Positions 44,393 to 50,910 of a DNA stretch of 50,910 nt are shown in pieces. The position numbers were made by a program, and so were the translations under genes. Source of the stretch: a virus (lineage: Duplodnaviria > Caudoviricetes); IMG/VR virus record IMGVR_UViG_3300034175_000007, positions 1 through 50,910 of that record, one strand, 5' to 3'. Under the pieces are notes generated by a model. That model was given only the letters and a program-made list of their open reading frames with translations, ran no database searches and was not told the origin of the DNA. Position 1 is the stretch's first letter, and each line of letters begins with the position of its first letter.

Positions 44393-44608
44393 TTATCCTG
44401 AGTGAGGAAAGTTATCAACAAAGTCCCATGGTTCCCAAAGAGGAACAGCATGTTGGAGCATAGAGTTAGGAACATAGACTCCCACCCAAGCGATCTGATT
44501 ATGAAGAGGTCCTTCAAGACCTAGCTCATGCTTTGCCTTATCCATATCATGGAACACGCCGATAGCACTATAGTCTTTAGTGAAGAAGATGTAGATGCGA
44601 TCAGTCAT
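44393..44608 (-). CDS. Hypothetical protein
   Basis: MTDRIYIFF start overlapping the upstream stop. Confidence 0.5.
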   Translation of the reverse strand: MTDRIYIFFTKDYSAIGVFHDMDKAKHELGLEGPLHNQIAWVGVYVPNSMLQHAVPLWEPWDFVDNFPHSG

Positions 44609-44834
44609 CGTCTTCAAGGTATCCCATGTCGACCAGATACTGGCTAACATCTTCGATAGTCTCGATATGAAGACCGTGGACAGTGCCATCTACAGTAAAG
44701 GAACCACCACCTTCTCCACGAGCACCTTCGAGATCATGCTCTTCAAGCAGATCGATGGCTTCCTGCGAATCGTAGAAACTAACACCAAGACTGCCGTCAC
44801 CGTTGTCAGTGGCAGTGTAGTAGATCGTCTGCAT
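44601..44834 (-). CDS. Acidic hypothetical protein
   Basis: DNGDGS motif; AGGA RBS. Confidence 0.55.
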   Translation of the reverse strand: MQTIYYTATDNGDGSLGVSFYDSQEAIDLLEEHDLEGARGEGGGSFTVDGTVHGLHIETIEDVSQYLVDMGYLEDDD

Positions 44835-44848
44835 GATATATCCTAGAA

Positions 44849-44938
44849 TGGAGGATGGCCAGGGTATCGAACCCTATACGCTATTGCGCATCATCTGTTT
44901 AGCAAACAGTGGCCGGAACCGTTCCTGCTTGACCATCC
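44849..44938 (-). tRNA. tRNA-Ser(GCT)
   Basis: TT-GCT-AA loop, long variable arm, CCA. Confidence 0.85.
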
Positions 44939-44943
44939 ATTGT

Positions 44944-45022
44944 TGGTTGCGGAGTGGAGTGCTCGAATCTCCCAGATTGCCAGCTTATGAGGCTGGTGAC
45001 TAACCTTCTTGTCCTACCCGCG
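44944..45022 (-). tRNA. Initiator-type tRNA-fMet(CAT), atypical T arm
   Basis: C1xA72 mismatch, CT-CAT-AA loop, CCA. Confidence 0.78.
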
Positions 45023-45093
45023 TCTCGTGGAACGGCGAAGAGCCTAACGCCCTACCCTTACTGTAAAGTGGTTTAGTTACAGCCGTTCTATCT

Positions 45094-45170
45094 TGGTACA
45101 CCACGCGGGATTTGAACCCGCAACCTACAGGGTAAGAACCTGTTGCTCTGCGCTATTGAGCTAATGGTGT
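45094..45170 (-). tRNA. tRNA-Lys(CTT), second divergent copy
   Basis: TT-CTT-AC loop, CCA. Confidence 0.82.
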
Positions 45171-45176
45171 ATATTA

Positions 45177-45252
45177 TGGAGGATCACCAGGGTCTCGAAC
45201 CCTGCACCTTGAGATTAAAAGCCTCTTGCTCTACCTACTGAGCTAGTGATCC
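45177..45252 (-). tRNA. tRNA-Lys(TTT)
   Basis: CT-TTT-AA loop, CCA. Confidence 0.9.
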
Positions 45253-45315
45253 ATTGTAATGGTTTTGAATGGCGGTGGTTTTCACTTTAACCGGCTATAC
45301 GGTCATTCAAACTTG

Positions 45316-45387
45316 TGGTACCGGCAAAGGGTATCGAACCCTAAAGAAGCAGCCTTATGAGAGCCGCCCGTCCACCGTGAAGCCGGC
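45316..45387 (-). tRNA. tRNA(CAT) with truncated D arm
   Basis: CT-CAT-AA loop; T arm and CCA present; D region reduced. Confidence 0.65.
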
Positions 45388-45403
45388 ACGAACTGTATTA
45401 TAA

Positions 45404-45497
45404 TGGCGGAAGACTAGGGGATCGAACCCTAAAGGCGCTCATCACGCTCGCTTGTTTTCAAGACAAGTCCCGTCGCCGGCCGTCGGGTTGGCCTTCC
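45404..45497 (-). tRNA. tRNA-Ser(TGA)
   Basis: CT-TGA-AA loop, long variable arm, G73, CCA. Confidence 0.88.
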
Positions 45498-45502
45498 GTA
45501 TA

Positions 45503-45576
45503 TGGATCTCCCTGATGGATTCGAACCACCGTTCACAGAGTCAGAGACTGTTGTCCTACCACTAGACGAAGGGAGA
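45503..45576 (-). tRNA. tRNA-Gln(CTG)
   Basis: CT-CTG-AC loop, CCA. Confidence 0.88.
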
Positions 45577-45582
45577 ATGGTA

Positions 45583-45894
45583 TTATTCGCCAGGGATCTC
45601 GAAATGAGGTCCTGTTGAATGCCAGGTGCGAACCACTCGGGTTTCATCAACTGGATAAACTTCGTAGATTAGAGCATCGCTATAGTACCAATCAGTGTGA
45701 TAGGAACCAGAACGACTCTCGTTGATCATGATATGCGTACCGTTATACTCTACGATACTGTACTTGTGTTGGTACTTATGATCCTGTTCCCAATCACCTT
45801 CTTCGATGATGTTATAGCTTACGCCATCTACCTCGAAGTCTATGTCATTGCCATTCTCTTTATAGATGGCGATGAAATCTTCTACGTTGCTCAT
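45583..45894 (-). CDS. Hypothetical protein
   Basis: GDWEQDHKYQ...SRSGSYHTDWYY conserved-looking motif. Confidence 0.65.
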   Translation of the reverse strand: MSNVEDFIAIYKENGNDIDFEVDGVSYNIIEEGDWEQDHKYQHKYSIVEYNGTHIMINESRSGSYHTDWYYSDALIYEVYPVDETRVVRTWHSTGPHFEIPGE

Positions 45895-46271
45895 TACTTA
45901 CGCTTCGTAGTCGAGAACGAGCTGGACGAACTGCTGAAGCTGCTGCTACGTGGAGCGCTATAGCTAGGACGTGGAGTCGGAGTCGAGTAGGTTACGCGAG
46001 GAGGAGCACTAGTCGTATACGAAGGCCGTGGTGCGCTGTAGACGCGAGCCGGTGCAGTATAGACTGGACGTGCAACTGGACGAGGTGCAACATAGACAGT
46101 CCGTGGTGCCGAGTAGTGATGCACGACCTGAGGAGGACTGACGTGATGTACTACGACCGGAGCTGGATTGTAGTAAGGCTGTTGAACAACCTGTTGTTGA
46201 GGATAACCAGTAGGATCTTGGCCGCATGCCGACAGAGTAACCAGGGCGGCGATAGCAATCAACTTATTCAT
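45894..46271 (-). CDS. Pro/Tyr/Ser-rich lipoprotein
   Basis: MNKLIAIAALVTLSAC lipobox followed by low-complexity repeats. Confidence 0.65.
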   Translation of the reverse strand: MNKLIAIAALVTLSACGQDPTGYPQQQVVQQPYYNPAPVVVHHVSPPQVVHHYSAPRTVYVAPRPVARPVYTAPARVYSAPRPSYTTSAPPRVTYSTPTPRPSYSAPRSSSFSSSSSSFSTTKRK

Positions 46272-46334
46272 AATGTAGTACCTCATAGTGAAACAACGGA
46301 CACCACTTATAGCAGAGGTGATGTCCTTGTTGGA

Positions 46335-46409
46335 TGGACCTTACGAAGGGATTCGAACTCTTAACCGGTCGCTAATCAGGCAACTGCTCTACCATTGAGC
46401 TACGTAAGG
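46335..46409 (-). tRNA. tRNA-Ile(GAT) with U37
   Basis: CT-GAT-TA loop, CCA. Confidence 0.8.
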
Positions 46410-46413
46410 ATAT

Positions 46414-46490
46414 TGGCTCTCCTTACAGGACTCGAACCTGTAACAACTACGTTAACAGCGTAGCGCCCATACCAGAAGGGCCTAAGGAGA
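46414..46490 (-). tRNA. tRNA-Asn(GTT)
   Basis: CT-GTT-AA loop, G73, CCA. Confidence 0.88.
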
Positions 46491-46495
46491 ATGAA

Positions 46496-46570
46496 TGGTA
46501 CCTCGTAACGGGATTGAACCGCTGACCTTATCCGTGTAAAGGATCTGCTCTACCGCTGAGCTAACGAGGC
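46496..46570 (-). tRNA. tRNA-Val(TAC)
   Basis: TT-TAC-AC loop, CCA. Confidence 0.9.
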
Positions 46571-46577
46571 ATGGTAT

Positions 46578-46640
46578 TGGCATTGGGGTGGGATTCGATA
46601 CCCACATTGAATTAACGTTCTTGGCTTAGAAGACCCAATA
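46578..46640 (-). ncRNA. tRNA-like RNA lacking an anticodon arm
   Basis: TATTGGG/CCCAATG-CCA acceptor; GTGGG TATCGAAT CCCAC T-like arm. Confidence 0.5.
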
Positions 46641-46642
46641 GA

Positions 46643-46722
46643 TGGAGCGCCAGACAGGGGTCGAACCTGCATTTTCATCCATTAGCTTTCTCTCGGTTCG
46701 TAGCCGAGGGGCTTACTGACGC
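46643..46722 (-). tRNA. Rearranged tRNA-Arg(ACG) lacking a contiguous D arm
   Basis: GCGTCAG-TAAGCCC-CTCGG CT ACG AA CCGAG-AGAAAGCTAATGGATGAAAAT-GCAGG TTCGACC CCTGT-CTGGCGC TCCA. Confidence 0.7.
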
Positions 46723-46809
46723 ATAACTTGGAGGGCGTTGTTAAACCGGTCACCCACACCCGGTACGTTAGGTTCAGCAAAGAACCTAACAATATGTTAA
46801 TCTATTCAA

Positions 46810-46840
46810 TTGTCAAACAGCGTATCTTCTTGCGAAGAAA
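46810..46840 (-). promoter_or_regulatory. boxB-boxA-like (rrn-type antitermination) element in the tRNA operon
   Basis: TTCTT-CGC-AAGAA hairpin followed by GCTGTTTGACAA. Confidence 0.45.
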
Positions 46841-46843
46841 GTA

Positions 46844-46918
46844 TGGTGCTTCGAGGCGGAATTGAACCACCGACACGTAGATTTTCAGCCCACTGCTCTA
46901 CCCCTGAGCTACCGAAGC
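46844..46918 (-). tRNA. tRNA-Phe(GAA)
   Basis: CT-GAA-AA loop, CCA. Confidence 0.9.
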
Positions 46919-46927
46919 ATTTATTCA

Positions 46928-47377
46928 TTATCCACCCTGACGGACCAGATGGTCTGCAGCGTGCATAGCAGCGAATGCATGAGGCTTGATCTTGGCTGTG
47001 ATACCGAGATTGCCCATAACATAACCTAGTGCCTCTTTCATAGCGACATTAGACTTATGCTTGACGTTCGGGTTGATATCGAGATGGACTTCGTAGTACC
47101 GATCGCCGATGGCATCCTTAACTTCAAATGCAGCATTAACTGCGAACATCGTTTCATTAAGCATACGTTGCTTAATGTTACCCCAATCCTGCATTACTAC
47201 AGAGTCGTGGAATAGTTTACAACCTTTGTTACTGTCCATATGGACGATAATAACAGTGCTGTACTTGGCGTAGAATAGACCGTTCTTCTTAAACCTCTGC
47301 GAATCGCATCCGATATAGACGGATGAAGTCAGCGTAGACTGTTTAATGAACTCCCGAGCTTCCTCGATATAAGTCAT
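46928..47377 (-). CDS. RNase H-like YkuK family protein
   Basis: VYIGCDSQ...RMLNE...EVHLDIN...KIKP.AFAA.HAAD. Confidence 0.85.
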   Translation of the reverse strand: MTYIEEAREFIKQSTLTSSVYIGCDSQRFKKNGLFYAKYSTVIIVHMDSNKGCKLFHDSVVMQDWGNIKQRMLNETMFAVNAAFEVKDAIGDRYYEVHLDINPNVKHKSNVAMKEALGYVMGNLGITAKIKPHAFAAMHAADHLVRQGG

Positions 47378-47393
47378 GTTCTATTCCATTATA

Positions 47394-47471
47394 TGGCGAA
47401 GGTGCAGGGATTTGAACCCCGGATCACGGTTTTGGAGACCGTTGCTTTAGTCCAGACTAAGCTACACCAAC
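47394..47471 (-). tRNA. tRNA-Trp(CCA), imperfect acceptor stem
   Basis: CT-CCA-AA loop, G73, CCA. Confidence 0.82.
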
Positions 47472-47477
47472 AAATCA

Positions 47478-47553
47478 TGGTGGAGTATATCGGGGTCGAA
47501 CCGATCACCTCCTGCTTGCAAGGCAGGCGCTCTCCCAGATGAGCTAATACCCC
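47478..47553 (-). tRNA. tRNA-Ala(TGC)
   Basis: G3:U70, CT-TGC-AA loop, CCA. Confidence 0.93.
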
Positions 47554-47554
47554 A

Positions 47555-47630
47555 TGGCGACCTATAAGGGAATCTAACCCTCCAACATCCGCTAGACAGG
47601 CGGTGCTCGTCAACAGCTGAGTCATAGGCC
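47555..47630 (-). tRNA. tRNA-Asp(GTC), atypical (U37, TTAGATT T-loop)
   Basis: CT-GTC-TA loop, G73, CCA. Confidence 0.72.
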
Positions 47631-47636
47631 ATTATT

Positions 47637-47711
47637 TGGAGCGGCTAGAGGGGATCAAACCCTCGACATTCTCGTTGGCAACGAGATGCTCTATCGCTGA
47701 GCTATAGCCGC
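47637..47711 (-). tRNA. tRNA-Gly(GCC)
   Basis: TT-GCC-AA loop, U73, CCA. Confidence 0.9.
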
Positions 47712-47720
47712 ATTAAATAG

Positions 47721-47798
47721 TGGAGGGCCGAACAGGATTCGAACCTGTGCATGGTAGGGTTGCAACCTACTGCCTTAAACCAACTTGGCTACCGGCCC
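47721..47798 (-). tRNA. tRNA-Cys(GCA)
   Basis: TT-GCA-AC loop, U73, CCA. Confidence 0.9.
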
Positions 47799-47823
47799 AA
47801 TGTGATTCTATATATACCTAACT

Positions 47824-48354
47824 TCAAGTTTTGTCAATGACTTTTTTCAAAGAATTGAAAATAACTTCCATCCCAGTTTCGTCTCCTGTAGTTTCGATGT
47901 ATGGGACATCGTACTTCTTCAGAAGATCTTCGATAACCTTATGCTTCTCGTTAGATTCGTGAAGAGTTTGGTTTCGACCCTTGGGATTATAGGGTTTGGT
48001 ACGTGTAAGCAAGAAGTTAATGTTGTTGTACTGATTGAAAGCCCAATACACGGTGTCACGAAAACATTCCGGGTAGTGCTCCGAGTACGCTAGTCCTAAA
48101 AGGATCGGAGAGTCTGCGATTATGACATCACAGTCTTGTTGCAATCGGTGAATGCGATGGTGTTGCTTACCAAAGACGTAGATCTGATCCTCCAGCGTAT
48201 GGAATCTTCGAGACCACGTTAGATCTTTAGCGAACTCACCTGCAAGTTCAGCATTAACTCCTGCGTTCTTGAACTTGAAGAATAAGCCGGCCGCCATGGT
48301 TGATTTACCAACACCGGGGCCGGCGAATAAGTTAAAAACGTAGGGTTTCTTCAT
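47824..48354 (-). CDS. P-loop kinase/ATPase (NadR/AAA_28-like)
   Basis: NLFAGPGVGKST, EFAKDLTW, IIADSPILL, GRNQT. Confidence 0.85.
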   Translation of the reverse strand: MKKPYVFNLFAGPGVGKSTMAAGLFFKFKNAGVNAELAGEFAKDLTWSRRFHTLEDQIYVFGKQHHRIHRLQQDCDVIIADSPILLGLAYSEHYPECFRDTVYWAFNQYNNINFLLTRTKPYNPKGRNQTLHESNEKHKVIEDLLKKYDVPYIETTGDETGMEVIFNSLKKVIDKT

Positions 48355-48366
48355 TTTAACTCGATA

Positions 48367-48810
48367 TTACTGAGTACCCTCGGCGTACAGATTAATCGTC
48401 CATGCACCAAGATATGTGCCGCCTATCGTGTAAGCGGTAACACTGAACGTGATAGACCTTGGTAGGAATACCGAGTTCCTTGGCACAGCCTGAATCGATG
48501 CAGTCCACTGAGTAGAAGCTGTTCCACTGAATGGACTAGCGTTGTTAGGCGAGGTATTCCAGATGACGTCCGCAGAAGAACCCATCGTGAAAGATGCTCT
48601 CGTCGATCCATAAGCATCGTATGTGCCAGGTGGATGAGTTAACGTAGGAAGATTAGACTTACCACGAAGACTGCTGTATGCGATCGTACCGCTAGGAATG
48701 CCAGCTAGACTTCTAACACCAGCATCGTTTAAAGAGAGCGTAGCCGTAGTGCTACGTCCCAATTCGGTGTTGATGTTAGAAGCACCAATAGTACCTGATG
48801 GTGTAGTCAT
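48367..48810 (-). CDS. Small virion structural protein (tail-fibre-tip-like N-terminus)
   Basis: PSGTI..SNINTELGRS....SLND..VRSLAG..SG.I....LRGKS; TATAAGTA upstream. Confidence 0.65.
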   Translation of the reverse strand: MTTPSGTIGASNINTELGRSTTATLSLNDAGVRSLAGIPSGTIAYSSLRGKSNLPTLTHPPGTYDAYGSTRASFTMGSSADVIWNTSPNNASPFSGTASTQWTASIQAVPRNSVFLPRSITFSVTAYTIGGTYLGAWTINLYAEGTQ

Positions 48811-48897
48811 TAGAAGTCCTTGACTTTATGACTACTTATACCATCCCTCTTGATGTGCCGATTATAACACTAGCTGGTACTAATGTCAAGGACTATT

Positions 48898-49089
48898 TTA
48901 CCACATGTAATTTTGATCATCATCCTTATCGAAAAAGATGGTGTAGATCAGCGCCGCTGCTGCCCAAACAAAGCCTATACCGCATGCAATCGCTAACGCA
49001 ATTAAGGCTACTTCTGGAAAGAGGATCGCTAATACAGCAATAGTCGCAACCACAACTGCGGTCACGTAGAACTTAGGGTCTTTCATCAT
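48898..49089 (-). CDS. Small two-TM membrane protein
   Basis: Hydrophobic ORF with ATGA overlap. Confidence 0.55.
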   Translation of the reverse strand: MMKDPKFYVTAVVVATIAVLAILFPEVALIALAIACGIGFVWAAAALIYTIFFDKDDDQNYMW

Positions 49090-49286
49090 GAATAATTCGA
49101 TGTACCTTTGGCCCCGTAGGACTGCTTTAGATCATCCATCGTCCCTACGACGTAGTTAGACTTACTCATAGGGATGATAGGCGGCTGGAACTTAGGTGAA
49201 CCACACTCGAGGCATGTCCTGTAACCTAGAGCCGCACGCCTGGGATTATACTCGTCACCACACTTAACGCAGAATGGAACCAACAT
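49086..49286 (-). CDS. Small Zn-finger protein
   Basis: CVKCG...RRAALGYRTCLECG; start at MLVPF. Confidence 0.65.
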   Translation of the reverse strand: MLVPFCVKCGDEYNPRRAALGYRTCLECGSPKFQPPIIPMSKSNYVVGTMDDLKQSYGAKGTSNYS

Positions 49287-49563
49287 ATAAGCTACTATAC
49301 TCCTGAAGCTTAAGCCTCTTATACACTTTACGTGCAGTAATGTCAATAGTAGATATGGTGCCAGCCTCATAAAGATAATCTAGGATTGTCTCTACGTCGC
49401 CGATCTCGTCTTGCAGCAGTTCCAGATTGGACTTACCACTCGAATCGTACGGATTGTAAGACTCAAGACCGAACCTGCGGATCTTGCTGATGATGTGAGC
49501 AACCTCGAGACACTCTTCAGCTAGAAGATCAAGTGCCTCGGACAGTTGGTGGTCGGTAATCAG
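49264..49563 (-). CDS. MazG-like pyrophosphohydrolase with a non-canonical (CTG/ATT) start
   Basis: LITDHQLSEALDLLAEECLEVAHIISKIRRFG...NLELLQDEIGDV; absent from the ORF track. Confidence 0.7.
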   Translation of the reverse strand: MITDHQLSEALDLLAEECLEVAHIISKIRRFGLESYNPYDSSGKSNLELLQDEIGDVETILDYLYEAGTISTIDITARKVYKRLKLQEYSSLYVGSILR

Positions 49564-49961
49564 AGGTCGACTTCCTTATAGATTCTGCCGAGATGGTAGA
49601 ACGACTGCTCCTCGCCATCCTCGTTCTCGATGATGTAGCCCCGAGCTTCGAGTTCGTGATGGAGCTTACCATAAGCCGCATCAGCTTCACGAGCTGCCTT
49701 AGCGAGCTCTGCGTCAGTCATTTCCTTAATCGTCGTATCCTCTTTGTAGGTAACAAACCGTGACGTATGGTACTGAGACTTGCTGGAGCCAACATCATAC
49801 ATACTGCAGCCGGTCTTTTTAAAGACGCTGACGGTAGTACCATCAGCACGCTCGGCATATACTACTCTTCCGTCTTGAGTAGCTGGACGGAAGGAGACGA
49901 TATCCTTTCCGTTGTTATCTACTAGCGGCCGATCCCAATCGAAATTACCTTCGATGCTCAA
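49560..49961 (-). CDS. Hypothetical protein, paralogue family member 1
   Basis: FDW..PL..NGK.I..F...TDAELA...RGY...RIYKE.L. Confidence 0.65.
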   Translation of the reverse strand: MSIEGNFDWDRPLVDNNGKDIVSFRPATQDGRVVYAERADGTTVSVFKKTGCSMYDVGSSKSQYHTSRFVTYKEDTTIKEMTDAELAKAAREADAAYGKLHHELEARGYIIENEDGEEQSFYHLGRIYKEVDL

Positions 49962-50347
49962 AGTACGGTCTCCTTATAGATCCGGCTGACCACGAAGACA
50001 TCATCTACGACATCGCCGTCTTCGTCTTCCATAGTATAGCCACGCTTAGTCAGCTCGTCGAATGCTGCCTTGAAGGCGATATCAGCATCACGAAGCTGTT
50101 GGGCCAGTTCAGCATCCGTCTTAGGAGCTACAACGGCAGCCGGCTTCATCAGATACTCCTTCTTCTGATGATGGACGCTGGTCTTGACGTAGGTGTCACC
50201 AGTATCAGTGAAGAAGGTGGACGAAGAACCGTCCTTGAAATGAACCCGCATGTACTTGTCGACATAAACGGTGTTCTCTGGCTTGAAGTAATCGACTTCC
50301 TTACCAGTGTTAGTAACGAGGGGTAGAACCCATTCAAACTTACTCAA
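49958..50347 (-). CDS. Hypothetical protein, paralogue family member 2
   Basis: (TTG)SKFEWVLPL..TGK.V..F...TDAELA...RGY...RIYKETVL. Confidence 0.6.
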   Translation of the reverse strand: MSKFEWVLPLVTNTGKEVDYFKPENTVYVDKYMRVHFKDGSSSTFFTDTGDTYVKTSVHHQKKEYLMKPAAVVAPKTDAELAQQLRDADIAFKAAFDELTKRGYTMEDEDGDVVDDVFVVSRIYKETVL

Positions 50348-50745
50348 AGTCGAATTTCCTTGATGATAGATACAGTGCACAGCTCTTCGAGCACGTTGCC
50401 GTTCCTGGGATCTACGACACTATAGCCGCGCTCGGTCAGGATATCGTAGAAGCCCTTAGCGATGTTGATAGTCTCACGATACTTAGCTGCTACTTCAGGA
50501 TCAGTAGGGACGTATTCGACTACCTTAGGCTCTGGCTTAGTCGATACCACCCAATGGTCTACATCCGGATCGCCGTGCGCCGACTTAGCTGAATCAGCAT
50601 ACTGATGACCGCTATCAGTCCACAGCGTAGTCTGGGTACCGTCTAGGAACCTTACTGAAGTCGTATCACCGTCATGACGAAACGACTCTACCTTCTTGCC
50701 CTTGTGATCTTCAAGCGGCAACTTCCATTCAAAACTCATATTCAC
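50344..50745 (-). CDS. Hypothetical protein, paralogue family member 3
   Basis: FEWKLPL..KGK.V.SF...TDPEVA...RGY...IIKEIRL. Confidence 0.6.
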   Translation of the reverse strand: MNMSFEWKLPLEDHKGKKVESFRHDGDTTSVRFLDGTQTTLWTDSGHQYADSAKSAHGDPDVDHWVVSTKPEPKVVEYVPTDPEVAAKYRETINIAKGFYDILTERGYSVVDPRNGNVLEELCTVSIIKEIRL

Positions 50746-50910
50746 TCCGGCTCAATTAACGTAATTACGATCTGCTGTGGGTCAACATCACAGTATTGGT
50801 CATCTAGCATTCGCTTGTAGTGGTATGCCGTATTGGCATTATCGAATGTCTCATAGACTAGATACACGTTCTTGAATACGTCTTTTACTTCAACGATATA
50901 ATCCACTAGT

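Noticed and set aside
43570-47625. Track ORFs 43570-43788, 44136-44345, 45429-45650 and 47389-47625
   Set aside because: They run through tRNA genes (GSNP/RIQS-type translations of T-loops).
1-50910. Genome-wide TAG reassignment (genetic code 15-type recoding)
   Set aside because: Long core genes are uninterrupted under the standard code; I found in-frame TAG only in two small ORFs, and 13030-13332 appears to use TAG as a real stop.

Overview
A 51-kb stretch of a large T4-like (Tevenvirinae/Kyanoviridae-type) myophage genome, almost entirely on the minus strand and probably infecting an alphaproteobacterium (tRNA-His with A73). It carries core replication genes (gp43 polymerase, UvsX, gp41 helicase, gp61 primase, nrdA/nrdB, thyX), a lysis module (GH19 endolysin, divergent two-component spanins), a TelA/vWA/TerC/TerD cluster, an Acb1-like 2H phosphoesterase, head and tail proteins, and about 37 tRNA genes covering all 20 amino acids. 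The non-coding RNA content is the most unusual part. (1) Seven RNAs share a covarying terminal stem and an N-T-W-CAGCAA motif. Six flank a Ro60/TROVE-like DUF2828-vWA gene, and several carry full or circularly permuted (YrlA-like) tRNA domains, suggesting a non-canonical Ro/Y-RNA-like RNP system. (2) A ~260-nt RNA is a split mimic of the 23S rRNA L11-binding/GTPase centre (H43-H44) with a ~196-nt insert. (3) An amber-suppressor tRNA(CUA) lies near two tandem ORFs with in-frame TAG codons, directly upstream of a Pth2-like gene. (4) Several rearranged or degenerate tRNA-like RNAs are present. All calls come from reading the sequence by eye; no searches or folding programs were run.
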